Positions 23,851 through 38,376 of a stretch of 64,000 bases of DNA are shown here, piece after piece. Under the pieces are notes generated by a model, which worked only from the letters and a program-made list of their open reading frames with translations, did no database searches and was not told the origin of the DNA. The stretch spans positions 102,984,001-103,048,000 of the forward strand of contig NC_058368.1 of the NCBI RefSeq assembly GCF_018350175.1, in the 5' to 3' direction. Numbering within the stretch: position 1 is the stretch's first letter; every line of letters begins with the position of its first letter. The position numbers and the translations under genes are program-made. Origin of the DNA: Felis catus. Its lineage: Eukaryota.

Positions 23851-25371
23851 GTCTAAGTCCAAATTAATATAGCGCTGAGAGCCTAAGTGATTTCTAATTG
23901 CTGAAGTATGACAATTTGAAATAGGAAGACAAAATGGCCTACGTAATTAGCACTGACATATGTCTCCCTTTATGACAAAGGTCAGTCATTTCAATTTCCT
24001 CTGTCTTGCTTGCTCCATCCCCAAAATGGGGATCACACTCTTGATACCTGCCTTTTTTTCATGAATCTTTTGTCCAGATTAATAAGGACCTTATTTCCCT
24101 GAAGGAAATGGCTCACAAGTTGGAGCTACATTAATTCTTCTAGGCCATTAGGGCACCATTTACTTAATTTGATTTCAAAGTGACAGCCATGTACCCTATT
24201 TTCCTTGGTAAGTCCATGGCTTCACTGTGAAATGCAAGAATGCTACTGAGAAGAAAGAGTATCAATAATCACAGAATCTCTTAAGATAGGCTGATAACAT
24301 CCCCCCCCCCCTCCGCCCCCCGCCCCAGGTGTTTCTTGTCTTTAAAATATCACGTAATTATTTACAACAGGCATTTAATTTCCGTTCACATATCATTTAC
24401 CAGATGGGAGACGTATCACAAGCTGGGAACATTGTGAGGTTTTACACGAGTTAATTCTCAGAAGGACTGATTGAGACTCACCTGAGGATATTATAGTCTT
24501 TACATGAGGAGATGCACAACGTAACTTGAAAACCTTTGCTACCCACCTGTTCTGCACTAGCAAGAAGGTGGAAATTGAGCCCTGCCACTTAGCGCTGTGA
24601 TGCCTGCTGAACAGATTCAAGTTGAAGGGCATGAGTTTAGTATAAACTACCTGCAAGGCATTGTGGTAAGGGATATGAAGAGGCCCTTCAAAGGTCTACG
24701 ATTTAGCAGGCTGGGAATCTGCGATGTTCCCCTAACTCCAGTCAGGATACTGTGAGTGGTTCAAAGAGCTGTGGAAATTCAGAGCAGAGCCAGAAATGAT
24801 GGAGAAATAGCTTTTCGGGGGGGCTTCACTCCACCAAAATAAAACTTTCCCATTCAAATCTTTCCATTCAAGTCTCTCTCGGATTTTTCTCCCACTGTTT
24901 GAAACAAGCAGACCTTGACTGTTGAAGGACGGTGTGCCTACATCCACCTCCCCAGACAGTGTCAAAGAGACAGATTGTGTAGTTACTGGAATTACTGCAG
25001 ACCTTGGCACTGATGAATCACTCCTCGCCTCCTTTTCAGGTTTCACTTCTCCAACTGGTGTCTCATTCGTGACGACAAGATCCAGAGGAGAAATGGAATG
25101 TCTAGGCGCTTTCCAATTTGGATACAGAGGCTTGAGCAGAAAATAGCAATTGCCTTTTCCTTCTCCTCGCCCTGCTTGACCTCCCAGTCTCTTGATGAGG
25201 AACTAGAGGCTGGGAGGAGACTGGATGCTAAAAGGAAGGAGTGGACAAAAAAAAAAATTCTATGATTGCTCCTGATGCTTTGTCAGAAGCAATCTTATAA
25301 AGCCAATAATGAAAATGTTTGAAAAAGAGTAAAAAAAGTAGTTTAAAAGTGGTTAAGAAATAGGATAAGAA

Positions 25372-25600
25372 GGGGCGCCTGGGTGGCGCAGTCGGTTAAG
25401 CGTCCGACTTCAGCCAGGTCACGATCTCGCGGTCTGTGAGTTCGAGCCCCGCGTCGGGCTCTGGGCTGATGGCTCGGAGCCTGGAGCCTGCTTCCAATTC
25501 TGTGTCTCCCTCTCTCTCTGCCCGTCCCCCATTCATGCTCTGTCTCTCTCTGTCTCAAAAATAAATAAATGTTAAAAAAAAAATTAAAAAAAAAAAAGAA
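25372..25600 (+). mobile_element. Young feline Can-SINE
   Basis: TSD AAGAAATAGGATAAGAAG at 25355-25372 and 25601-25618. Confidence 0.97.
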
Positions 25601-25624
25601 AAGAAATAGGATAAGAAGTACATT

Positions 25625-26360
25625 AGATGTCAGATGATGCCACATTATTTTCCAAAATAGTTCTACACACTTGCGACCCCAAACTACATGGTGTAAAATC
25701 CGTTCTGTATCCTTGCCAACATTTGATAATATCTGACTTAAAAATGTTTGCTAATCTGTGGTGAATAAAATGGTTTCCAGGTATAGATTAATTTGCATTT
25801 TTTTGGACTATAAATGAGAGTAAGCATCTTTTCCTATGCTTATTTCCTTCTCTTATTATGCACCTGATATTTTTTAAAGCCTTTTTTCCTTATTGATGAG
25901 CTGGACTTCTTTCTGTACTTATGATGCTAATCCTTTATGTGTTATCTGTATTGCTAGCTTCCTTCTATAAATTATGGTTTATTTTTTCACTTCCTTTAAA
26001 ATGAGTGTTGACAAGCGAGAATTCTTAATCTAATGAAGTTAAATTAATCAATGTTACCTGCTGTATTTTGGGGTATTGTAACTTGTTTAAAAAAAAACTT
26101 TCTTATCCTGAGATCATCAAGATATTCTCTTACATTGTGTCCTAACATTTTTATAGTTTTCCTTTGTGCATGTAAGTCTTTGATGACCATTGTGATTGGT
26201 TATTCTGTACAGTGTAAAGGGGCCCAATTTTATAGTTATGTAGAAGGAAAAAATCTGTTATTTCGGGGTTGTGTACTTAAAGTCAATGATCTATTTCCTC
26301 GCTGATCTGCCATTCCAGCTAACATAAATCAAGTTTCTGTACAAATGTGACTACTCTTGA
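25625..26360 (-). mobile_element. Ancient L1 (L1M-type) ORF2/3' fragment
   Basis: ATCCTTGCCAACATTTG...TTAATTTGCATTT...AGCATCTTTTC antisense L1 motifs, highly diverged. Confidence 0.65.
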
Positions 26361-26612
26361 AATTGGGTGCTCTAACTAACAAAAGAAAAGACAAAGCTGA
26401 ATTCATTCCTTACTGTAGTATGGGAGAACACCATGTCACAAAGCTTCAACATTACCTTGAAGGGTGGAGAGTAAAGTCAGAAGTCAATGAACAGTGAAAG
26501 TTGTGTTTAAGGCTGCTCTTTCCTTGTGGAGATGTGGTTAGCATTGAGTCAGGATAATGATAGTTAGGAGGTGGAGGAAAAAATGAGAAAATTTTACGTC
26601 TCACCTTCTTTA

Positions 26613-26812
26613 TTTTTTTTAAAAAAATGTTTATTTATTTATTCTGAGGGATAGAGGGAAAGCAAGAGTGTGAGTGGGGGAGGGGCAGAGAGCAAGAGCG
26701 AGAGGGAGAATCCCAAGCAGAGGAGCAGAGAGTGGTCTCACGAACTGTGAGATCATGACTGGAACCAAAATCAAGAGTCGGACACTCAACCGACTGAGCC
26801 ACCCAGGTGCCC
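26613..26812 (-). mobile_element. Older Can-SINE with internal deletion
   Basis: TSD CTCACCTTCTTTA at 26600-26612 and 26813-26825. Confidence 0.92.
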
Positions 26813-26929
26813 CTCACCTTCTTTAATGAGGAAATAGAAAACTATGAGACCCATAAGCTTGGATTTAACTCTAGCTCTTAAAAATCAGGCTGCAGTCAGA
26901 GAAGTCTTCAATTAGTCATAGTCAGTGAA

Positions 26930-27147
26930 GTGGCACCTGGGTGGCTCAGTCGGTTGAGTGTCTGACTTCAGCTCAGGTCATGATCTCATGGTTCGTGAGT
27001 TCAAGCCCCACATCGGGCTCTGTGCTGACAGATCGGAGCCTGGAGCGTTCTTCAGATTCTGTGTCTCCCTCTCTCCCTGATCCTCCCCTGCTCACACTCT
27101 GTCTCTCTCTCTCCCTCAAAAAAATAAACATTAACCATTAAAAAAAA
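26930..27147 (+). mobile_element. Can-SINE
   Basis: Body plus degraded TSD AGT(C/A)ATAGT(C/T)A(G/A)TGAAG. Confidence 0.92.
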
Positions 27148-27489
27148 AGTAATAGTTAATGAAGACTCCAGGCAGGATAAGAAACTGTTGCCTCGGGGGT
27201 AGCAATGAGACTAGGCTCTGAACTATGAAGCCAGTTAGAACTGGACAGAGAAAGATCAAGCTGGGAGCATCTGTCTTAGGTACATCCCAAGTATTAAGGG
27301 TGTTAAGTATCAGGGTGAAAGCCTTTCCATGTCAGATTTACAGTTCTTAGCATAAATTCTTGAAGATAGGTATATTAAATTTACTTGTATGTAAGGGACC
27401 CAAATTTCCCTATAATAGGAGAGTATTAAAACTCGTTTTGTTTCTGTGTTTTTCTTAAGGCATGGTTGTAATAACGTGCGTTAACAGAG

Positions 27490-30400
27490 TCATTTAAAAA
27501 ATGAACTGGAAATTAAATGACACTCTCTTGAACAATCAATAAGTCAAGGTAGAGATCACAAGGGATATTAGAAAAATATCTGGAGACAAATAAAAATGAA
27601 AATACAATAGAGTGAAATATATGATATATAGGAAAAAACAGTACTAATGGGGAAGTTCATACCAACAAATGCCTACATTAAAAATGAAACAAGATCTTAA
27701 ATCAGTAACCTGGTTTTCTGGCTCAAAGAACTAGAAAAAGGAAAAGAAACCAAGCCCAGAGTTAGCAGAAGAAAGGAAATTACAAAGATTAGAGGAGAAA
27801 GAAATGAAATAAGAAACAGAAAAATAAAAAAATCAATAAAATTAATAGTCAGATTTTTAAAAAGCTAAATAAATTGGCAAATCCTTAGCTAGACTATGGA
27901 AAAAAGAGAGAAGAAGATAAGAAAGAAGAGACGTTACACTGATCCCACAAAGATAAAAAAGCTCATAATAGATTACTATGAACAGGTGTATGCCAACAAG
28001 ATGGATAACATAGAAGAAACAAACAAATTCTTAGTAATATACAACCTACAAGACTAAGTCATGAAAAAAATGACAATCTGAATAGATCTACAACCAGTAT
28101 GAAGACTGAATGAGCAATCAAAATTCTCCAAACAAAGAAAAGCCCAGACTAGAAGGCTTTGCTACTCAATTCTACCAAATACTTCATGAAGAATCAGTAG
28201 TGTCAACTCTTCTCAAACTCTTCCAAAAAAAAAAAGTGAATAGGAAGAAACACTTTCGAACTCATTTTACAAAGCCAGCATCATCCTGATATCAAAGCCA
28301 GCAAGGACACCACAAGAAAAGAAATCTACGAGCCAATATCACTGTTGGATACAGATGTAAAAATCCTCAACAAAATACTAAAAAAAAATTAATTTCATGG
28401 TGCATCAAAAGGATCATACACTATGAGCAAGTGGGATTTATCCCAAGGATTCAAGGATAGTTCAACATACGAAAATCAATTTATAGGATATACTATATTC
28501 ATACAATAGAGGCTAAAAATCACATGATCATCTCAACAGATGCAGAAAAAGCATTTGAAAAAATTCAATCTTTTCATGGTAAAAACTCTCCACGAACTAG
28601 GAATAGCAGGAAAGTACTTCAAAATAGTAAAGACCAAGTGAATATAAAAACCTACAGCTAATATCATATTTAATAGTGAAAAACTGAATCCTGTTTCTCT
28701 AAGACTGGAAAGAAGTCATGGATGTCTATGTTCACCACTTCTAATCAACACAGTACTCATGTCCTGGCCAGAGCAGTGAATTAAGAAAAAAGAAATAAAG
28801 GGCATCCAAATTGGACAGGAAGAAACAAAACTGTCCTTGTTAATGGTTAATATGATCTTATATACAGAAAACCCTAAAGACTCCATCACAAAAGTGTTCA
28901 AACCAATAAAAAATTCAGGAAAGTTGCAGGATACAAAATCAACATACAAACATCACTTGTATTTCTAGACACTAAGAATGAACTATTTGAAAAGGAAATG
29001 AGGAAAACAATCCCATTTACAATGCACCAAAAAACAAAACACTTGGGAACAAACATAACTAAGGAGTGTGCAAGACATGTATACTGACAACTACAAAATA
29101 TTGATTAAATTAAACAAGATACAAATCGAAAGACACCATGTTCAAGGATAAGAGGACATAATTTGGTTAACATGACCTTATTACCCAAAGCAATCAACAG
29201 ATTCAATGCAATCTTTCCCAAAATCCCAATGGCATTTTAAAAACCAAAAGTAGAAATAACAATTCTATAATTCATATTGAACCACCAGAGATAACAAATA
29301 AGTGAATGAATCCTGCGAAAAAAGAACAGAGGTGGAGGCATTACACTTCCTGATTTAAAATATATTACAAAGCTGCAGTAATCAAAACAGTATGGTGCTG
29401 GCATAAAGAAAACACAGAGATCAACAGATCAGAAGGGAGAACTCAGAAATAAACCCATGCTTATACAGTCAACTGATCTTTGATAAGGATGCCAAGAACA
29501 CATGAGGGAAAGGATAGTCTCTTTAACAAATGGTACTGGAAAAATTAATCAACCTAACTGGATTAAAGATTTAAATGTAAGTCCTGAAACAATAAATTCC
29601 CAGATGAAAATATAGGGGAAAGCCCTCATGATGCTGGTCTTGGCAATGATCTCATGGAGATGGCACCAAAAGCACAGGTAACAAGACCAAAACTAAACAG
29701 GTGGGACTACTTCATACTAAAAGCTTCTGTAGAGTGAAGGGAACAATAAAATAGGTGAAAAGGCAACCTACAGAATGGGAGAAAATCTTTGCAAACCATG
29801 TATTTAATAAAGGGTTAATCTCCAAAATATATAAGGAAGGCCTACAATTCAATAGCAAACAAACAAGCAAAACAAAAAAACCCTCATAACTCAGTTAAAA
29901 CATGGGCACAAGACTTGAAAAGACATTTCTCTAGAGAAGATATACACACAGGCTACAGGTGTATGAAAAAATGTTTAACATCATTAATCAACAAGGCAAT
30001 GTAAATCAAAACTACAACGTGATATCAAATTGCACTCAGTAAGGTGGCCACAATCAAAACGTAGAAAATAACGACCATTGGTGACGATGTGGAGAAACTG
30101 GAACTCTGTACACTGATGATGGGAATGGAAATTTATACAGCCACTATGAAGAACAGTACGAAGGTTTCTCAAAAAATTAAATACAGAGAGGCGCCCGCGT
30201 GGCTCAATCAGTTACGCATCTGACTCTTGATCTCTGCTCAGGTCATGATCTCATGATTCATGAGTTCAAGGCCCCCATCAGTCTCTGTGCTGATGGTGCA
30301 GAGCCTGCTTGGGATTCTCTCTCCCTATCTCTCTGCCCCTCACCTGCTTGTGCTCTCTCTCTCTCTCTCTCTCTCTCAAGATAAATAAATAAACTTAAAA

Positions 30401-30780
30401 ACATTAAAAATATTAATACCATATGATCCAGCCGTTCCCCCTTCTGGGCATACATTCAAAACAACTGAAAACAGGATCTTGAAGGGATATTGGCATCCAG
30501 GTTCACTGCAGCATAATTCACAACAGACAAGAGGTAGAAGCCGCCTAAATGTTCACTGGCACATGAATGGATAAAGACAATGTGTACATATACACAATGG
30601 AATAGTATTCATCCTTAAAAAAGGAAGGCAGTCCTGTCATAGGTTACAACATGAATGAGCTTTGTGGACATCATGGTAAGTGAAATAAGTAAATCACAAA
30701 AAGATAAATAAATCAGTCCACTGTTCAATGAGCTGTTCAGTGGGTGGAGAGTTCTATTTTGCAAAACAACAAAAAAAATG
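27490..30780 (+). mobile_element. Old degraded LINE-1 (L1MA/MB-type) ORF2 including RT region and part of 3'UTR
   Basis: ATGATCATCTCAACAGATGCAGAAAAAGCATTT (MIISxDAEKAF motif), GGATACAAAATCAAC, A-rich sense strand; many stops/frameshifts. Confidence 0.9.
30188..30410 (+). mobile_element. Older Can-SINE inserted in L1
   Basis: SINE body interrupts the L1 just before CCATATGATCCAGC. Confidence 0.92.
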
Positions 30781-31797
30781 TGTACTTTCATTTAATCCAT
30801 CAATTATAAGCTCTTTGATCATGTGAACCGCTGAGAGGGTCCCGAAGAGTGGCTTATACAAGTTGTAGAATTAATGCTCAACTATTTTAAAAATGCATTG
30901 CCTTTTCCAGCCAAGTCCCTAATTTCTCACTCTCTTTTGATATTATTTGGATTCTCAAAATAAATGATACAGCGTGAATAAAAATATCTATACAATGGCG
31001 ATTTTTACACAATTGTTGTCACACCAGACATGTGCCCATCCGTCCTGATTCTGAAACACACCCCCAGTTAGTATATCCTCAGGCATGGAATTGCTGCCGG
31101 CATCTAAAGCAAAGATGGGAAATAAAGGCACATGTGCTTGTCATTTTCCCCTCTTTAATCCATGGCAGGCATGGACCATGTCACTTTCTTCTTCACTGAG
31201 CCCAGACATAGTATTTGAACTCTTCTCAACACAACCCTCCACAAAGCCACATTGATGGATTGGAGCTGGCATGTAAGATGAGGTCAACTTTCCATTCTTG
31301 TTTTAGGGTGTAATTTCCAGGTACATGAATTTACATGGAAGGGTCCGTCAATCAAAATAATGTGCATACCAAGAGAGCACACAGTACATTCAGACTCTGA
31401 ATGGAGGAACGACTTACCTAACTGCGTCTACTCTGGGTGCTTAAAAAGTCTACTGGGACTAAGCATCTGCATATATATATTTTATATATGTTGCATATAT
31501 AACAACATGAATATTCTAGACTTTGGAAGTAGCTTTAAAAGATAACAGAATTGTATTTTTAGGATATATAAATAATAATGTGAATTCTTTAACATTTACC
31601 ATATATATGCATGTATTACAAAATATAAAGCGCATACAATGGAATCTGTTTTCAGCCTTTGATTCTCTCCCAAGATGGCACTGAAATGCTGGAGCCCAAG
31701 GGAAAGGGCTCCATGTACCTGTGTCCCACAATGCCTGTGTGCCACAGGCCAAGTATATTGAACATCTGTTTCTGTCTTCAAGGCTCAAAAGTTTTTT

Positions 31798-31984
31798 GGG
31801 GGTCACCTGGGTGGCTCAGTCGGTTAAGCGTCTGACTCTCAGTTTCAGCTCAGGTCATGATCTCATGGCTTTGTGAGTTCGAGCCCTGCGTTGGGCTCTG
31901 CGCTGACATTAAAGAGCCTGCTTGGGATTCTCTCTCTCTCCCTCTCTCTCTATACCTCACCCGTTCACGCTATGTCTCTCTCAA

Positions 31985-32019
<35 letters not shown>

Positions 32020-32028
32020 ATTTTAAAA
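31798..32028 (+). mobile_element. Older Can-SINE with (TAAA)n tail
   Basis: Head, CT tract, (TAAA)n. Confidence 0.93.
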
Positions 32029-32249
32029 ATGTTTTTTTGTTTTTATCTTTGCTAGGAAGAAGCACTTCTATCTTTTGCATCTGAGAATCTTTTGTGGTCT
32101 AACAATAGCATTTTTCTAACCCGTATTAACAGCAAGGTTTTTAAAAGTCATTGCTCTGGTTTATGTGTGTATGTGGGGGTGAGGTGATGGTGGCATTAGG
32201 CCGAGAAGGGGACAAGTACAGAGAGAAAATGCACATTAAAACTTATTCT

Positions 32250-32830
32250 TTTATTTAATCCAACACATGTTACTGAGCAACCGCTATGTGTCACGCACTT
32301 TCTAGAGTCTACAAATAAAGCAGTAAATAAAACAAGCTTCCTGCCATCCTGTACTTGACATTTTTGTCTGAGGAGATAAGAATGAACCCATAAGCAAGTA
32401 AAATATACTGTGTGTTTGTGGGGGATGAGGGCTATTTAGAAAAATAAGGCAGTGCAAGGGGATAGGTTATGTCCTGGCAGGGGTTACTATTTCTTACAGA
32501 AAGGTCCTAGAATGCATCAGTGATGACATTTAAGTGGAGGCCTGAAGGCAGTGAGGGTAGAAGCCTTGTGGGTAGTTACCTGAGGGAAGAGCTTTGCAAG
32601 CAGAAGCCATGGGCTGGAGCAAGTGTAGCTTGTTTGAGGAAGGCTAGGAGGCCACGTGGACTTTGAATTGAGCGAAGGGAGAGGGAGGGGAGAGGAGGTC
32701 CTAGAGTCGGAGAAGTGTGGAACTGCTGGCCTATAGGTCATTCTAACATCTCAATTTTCTGAGAGGGTTGAGAAGGTTTTTCATGTTGGAGTAGAGGAAT
32801 GGCCTGGTTGTAGTTCTCTGTTAAAAGGAG
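32250..32830 (-). mobile_element. L2 3' fragment
   Basis: TCCAACACATGTTACTGAGCAACCGCTATGTGTCA...CAGTAAATAAAACA antisense L2 end. Confidence 0.65.
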
Positions 32831-33930
32831 CCTTCTGGCTGTTACCTCAATGAATCATCCTGCCATGGAAGGCCTTTAAGTGACATTTCACTCCACTGTG
32901 CTGGCACAAGTTGCCCTTTGGGAGCCTTTCTGGGCTCACTTTGGAGGCATGTAGGAATAATGGGAGTGAGATCTAGCTGATGCAGTTTGGCACTGAACTG
33001 TCTTGGCTCTACTGTTAGGGGAGACATTTGTGTTTCCCTAGAGATCTGTATAGACACCACAGTTCCCTCAGAAACACACAATGTGGCTGCTTGAAGTCAC
33101 TGTTGACACATTAGAGCACCCACGCCAACCAGCTTGTTGGGGGTGTGAACAAAATTCCAGAGCGCTCTCCTTCGATCATCTCTACTTGGCTCTCACCATT
33201 TCCGGTAGCAAGGGCCTCCTGGGAAAGTCTAGCTGTCAGGATAACTGCCCCGAATGGAAGTCTGTGTTGAAGGGCACTTTGCGTGGCCCAACAACCACCC
33301 GCCCTAAAACAATAACTAGGTCTACGGGCCCTGAGTTAGCTTATGGAATTTGGAGAGGTTCTGCCCTATTCAGCCGTCACAGAGCAAAATCTGCCTGGCT
33401 ACTTTGGAAAAGACACTTCCCCCTGCTTTGGGCTGTCTTTCTTGTCAGAAATAAGTCTTTAACTTTGAAGTTGGTCACTGAAGGTCCACTTTTTGGGAGA
33501 GGTCAGCGCTCCTTGTAAGTTCCCTTGAAATCTAAGGTCAGAAAACACCAGGAAAGGAGACTCTATATTGCAGATCCTGTATTTCAGCTAACGTCCTTGT
33601 CCAGCTATATAGTCATGCTTAAGAAGTCACAGAACCGTACATTGTACAGAATCATCTCTGACCTGTCTCAAGGCTCCAGGTTCACACAAATATAGCTCAA
33701 TCTGACAGACTTTTAAGTGTCAAGAACGAGACCCGCTGGTTTTCCTGTTGTCTTCCCTTCTAAGAAGTTCACTGAAGCAGCATATATCCCACAGATCGAG
33801 ACATGCGGAACTCGGCATCCACCATGTTCTCCTCTTTCCCCTGCATACACCTTCGTATCAACTTTTCAATTTAACTGAAGATGAAAGACAGAGACAGAGA
33901 CAGAGAGATCCTGGAACTGTCAGAGTTTTA

Positions 33931-34155
33931 TTTTTATTATTATTATTATTATTTTTTAAATTTATTTTTGGGGCAGAGAGAGACAGAGCATGAACGGGGG
34001 AGGGGCAGAGAGAGAGGGAGACACAGAATCGGAAACAGGCTCCAGGCTCCGAGCCATCAGCCCAGAGCCTGACGCGGGGCTCGAACTCACAGAACTGCGA
34101 GATCGTGACCTGGCTGAAGTCGGACGCTTAACCGACTGCGCCACCCAGGTGCCCC
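33931..34155 (-). mobile_element. Young feline Can-SINE
   Basis: Exact TSD TGTCAGAGTTTTA at 33918-33930 and 34156-34168. Confidence 0.97.
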
Positions 34156-35319
34156 TGTCAGAGTTTTAAAAACGGGAAGCACCCTTGACAGACTAGAAGG
34201 AAAGAGATAAGCCAGGACTTGTTACTGCTATAATTTCACTGAGGTTAGGTGTGGTTTTTTTTGTTTTGTTTTGTTTTGACTTGTTTTGCTTTTTTTCACT
34301 TGGTTGTTTTGCAGCCTTGGCATTATGGGGGAAAAATAGAATGTCAATAAATTCAACTTTGACCATCTATTCAATGAGTTATTTCCTAGGACTAGTAGGA
34401 GGGAAAAAAAATGAAGCCGGCGAGGCAGTCTAAAGGGAGACCGTGTAAATGACTTGTAACTAAGGGGATATGACCCTCTGCATAATTCATAATCATTAGT
34501 CTAAGTGACACTTCTGCAGTCACTCTGTCAGGGCGTTCTAATATGGCGGGGCTGAAACCCAAACAGTCCACTCAGCAGCAGGCTCCGTGAGATCAGGTTT
34601 CTCTGAAAGACAACTCCCTGAAAGGCTAGATTTGGGTTGCAGGTTTTTTTTTTTTTTTCAACAGAAGATGCTGGCTCAGCTTCATCGTGTGTGCAATTTA
34701 AGGGTTGCTCAAGTGATTCTTTAAAACTGCATAAAAGCATTTCTGCTGTGCCTGGGAGACAGTATTGCTATAATGTTCTGTGCATACATCTGCATGATTT
34801 CTCAGAGCTAATTCAAATTTAATGCATTGGTAATTCCTTTTCTGCCAAAGCCACCCAGCAGTAATCTGAAGGTTACAGAATGATCTTCCAGCTCAAATAA
34901 CACTTTTAGACCAGCATAAATGGAGAGGCAGGAATATAATGGGCAGAATTAGGCTCGCGAGGAGACTCTACCCTCATTACCACTCTGAGTGAGGCTGACC
35001 AGAGTTTAGAATGTTTTTAGAAGGATAGTCGTAACAGAGTTTTAATAAAACTGGAAGTCAAGCTACAGTGGTCTTTTGTCAGAGATGGTGTAATAACAAA
35101 AATGACAGCATGTGAACAACTTAGAAAATATTTCCCTAACAACTGCAAAGACAGTTCTTAGGGTAAAATTAAAGCTTTGGCTAAACCACTTAGAAGAAAC
35201 CAATTCACAAATTTATGGGACGTCCGAGAATAATAATTTAGCTCGGATGTCATAAAAATATTGACACCTAATTACAGTCCATATGAATAATAAAATGAAT
35301 AAAGTGGGGAGTATTTTTT

Positions 35320-36640
35320 AAATTTTTAATAAGCTTCTAGATTTTATAATAAAATTAGATTTCTATAGAAAAAATCTTAAGATAGTACAGTGTTCCCAGA
35401 GGCCGCAGGCCTAGTTTCCCCACTTACTAACGTTTCACATTACTGTGGTACATTTGTCATAATGGATGAACCAATATTAAGACATTATTATTAATTAAAG
35501 CCCACAGTGCATTCAGATTTCCTCGGTTTCTATCTACTGCCCTTTTTCCTGTTCCAAGATTCCTATCCAGGACACTACATGATACTTAGTTGTAATGTTG
35601 CCTTAGATTCCTCTCACCTGGGACAGTTTCTGAGACTGTCCTTGTTTTTGATGACCTTGACAGTTTGGAGGAGTACTGGTCAGGTGTTTTGTAGAGTGTC
35701 CCTGAATGGGGACTTGCCTGATGTTTTGCTCATGATTAGGGTTATAGAAAAGACCACAGAGGACAAGTTCCATTCTTAACACATCATATCAAGGGTACAG
35801 GCTATCAACATGACTCATCACTGTTGTTGTTAACCTTGATCATCTGGCTGAGGCAGTGTGTGCCAGGTTGATCTTTCTTTCCCCTTTCTATACTGTATCT
35901 TTTGGGAAGTGATTACAAGGTGCAGCCCACACTTAAGGAGTGGGGAGTTATACAGGTAATACCTACCTGAATTATTTGGAATTGTCCTTCCAAGGAAATT
36001 TGCCTATTCTCTCCCATTTATTTGTTCAATCAATTATTATAATTATTATCAACATATTAATATGGATTCATGGATGTTTATTTTATGCTTTGAGTTATAA
36101 TCCAATACTATTTTATCATTCAATTCATTACAGTTTTGGCCATCTACAACTTTTTCAGCTGGCATCTACGTCCCTTTGAGGTAGAGGGTTTTTTGTTGTT
36201 TTTTTTTTAGTTTTTTTTTCTTGTTTGTTTTCTTTATTGAGAACTTTCTCACTTCTGGCACTACAAAATGTTCCCACCTCATCTTGCATATTTCCTGTCC
36301 AAATTCTAGAATCAACAATTTCTCCAAGGTGCCTGGCTCTCTTTAATGGAGAAAAGAATCAGAAAAAATCTGGGCCGCAGATAAGCTGGTTGCTCCTGTG
36401 ATATCATGAACACCAACCTTTCTATGTACTCTCTGCTGAAAAAGCAAGGAAACACATGTATACTAATTCGCGTATGTTAATGTACCTATAAATGTTTCTA
36501 TATGTAACCATCTGTGTGTACGTTAAAGTGTAACATGCGTTCATACCGCGGTGTCCCAGCCTAACATTCATCAATCACTGTAGATTCCTCCTTTGCGTCC
36601 CTATAGCCTCCCTCTCCAAAAGCAAGAAACGGAGCTAATT
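35320..36640 (-). mobile_element. Ancient L1 3'UTR (L1MC/L1MD-type)
   Basis: GGTACATTTGTCATAATGGATGAACCAATATT...GATGACCTTGACAGTTTGGAGGAGTACTGGTCAGG resembles recalled L1MC/MD 3' ends. Confidence 0.75.
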
Positions 36641-38376
36641 TAGGAGTATTTTCACTACTTCCTTCACGATCTAGATGAGGGTTCATAACTCAAAGTCTTT
36701 CCTTTCTGACGTCTGATCCTATCTTATCGGGTCGAGAATGCCTTTCCACTTCCGACTCGATACAATGACATTACTCAAAAGTAGAAAGGCAGTGAGCTCA
36801 TTGGCAATTTTCTGAAGTGAATCCATGCCAAGGACTGAACAGAGTCTTATCCTTAAATGTGATTCCCTCAAGGCTTAAAACATTGTGAAAGAGACTGCAC
36901 GGCCATTTCTTACTCTATGGCGGTGAAACAAAAGCGTTTGGCTTCAAGTGTTGTCCAACCAGTAAACTTCATAGGATTAAAATCACTAAAAGCTGTTCTT
37001 TCCTGAAACCAAGTATTAGTCATTGGCAGATGTTATCTGTTAGTAAAGGGATTGCAACCAATAAATGCTGGGGATCAAGGCCCTACTTAATACAAAAACC
37101 TGACATCATCTGTGTCACTTACAAATCTGGTATTAATTATTTGATAAGCTTGGGGCTGATTTTGTAACACAGACATTTTGTTGTATGAATGGTGAATGTC
37201 AAGGATGACTTATTACCCTGAACACATTGAAAAGGAAGGATAATATGATTTCTTAGAGGAAAGACTCAAAGGCAGCTGTACCAGAGAGTCAATTACTGTT
37301 GTGTGCAGACTTATTTTCCGGCACAAGACTTATTTTCCAGAGCCAGAGAAAAAGAACAAGGCATATGAGTATCTCCATAGTGATGATGTTTTGGGTTCTC
37401 TACATTTCGGATTACAAATCTCGGGAAAGAGAACACAGAGGAAAGGGAGGATTCCTGCTTAGCCATCTGAAAGCAGGGTCTTTTCTTCCCTATAATGAAT
37501 TCATGAGGTTTCAGTCCACAAAAACACCCCTTAATAGAGTATCGAGTCGAGAGGACACGAAGGATGTCAACATTATCATTTAACACAGCTGGATTTTCTA
37601 TCGTAACAACATTATGAAGAGAAATCTCAGAACATAAGTTGTATAATTCACTGCTTTGTTTGTTTGTTTTTTGAGAATACAAGATATGTTGAATGCGGCT
37701 CATTATGGAAAGAGCAAATCAACACAGAATCAGAAACCAAATTTTATGAGACGGAGTACACAGTATGGCATATAGATATTTCCTTCAAGTCTAGTTTATA
37801 ATGTGGTTATTTATCCCCCAAAGAGGAGCGATCTTTGAATCAAAGAGGGTAAACCGAAGGCAAGCATGTGGTCCCCAAGCAGACCTCTGCCTGTCTGCAA
37901 AGGCAGAGATTTACAAAAGGAAATGATGTCTCTGGAAGAAACAATCCTTTTCTGCTCTCGGTTGATCTGTTCTCTGAAAACTGTAAATTGTCCATATCCG
38001 ATGTTGACAATTTTCTAAACAATATTGTTACTAAGAATGCAGTTGTGTCTCTAGTAGAGTCACGTATCACACAGGCAAACCGGCACATGTTTTTCTGAAC
38101 ATAAACACACGTTTCACAGTGGTAGGGGGTCGATGAGGCAGGACGTTAAGAGGATATATCCAAAAGCTGCATAAGAAATGCTGAGGTTCAGCTGGCCTCT
38201 GAGGCCTGGTGTTAGAAGGAGATCACGTGCATGATTAGAGAGGGACGTACAAAGGCGGAAACTGCTGTACCACCTGATTCTGTTAGACCTGGTGAAGCAA
38301 GGCACACCCAGCGAATTAGCTGCTATGGGGACTCTAGTGTTCCTTTGGAGACACTGCTTAGTCTTTCGGGGTTTCT

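Larger units (their letters stand above)
26365..27348 (-). mobile_element. Old MER110-like solo LTR split by two SINEs
   Basis: Reverse complement GGTGTTCTCCCATACTACAGTAAGG...TTCAGCTTTGTC resembles the 3' part of the LTR at 14470-14938; boundaries approximate. Confidence 0.35.
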
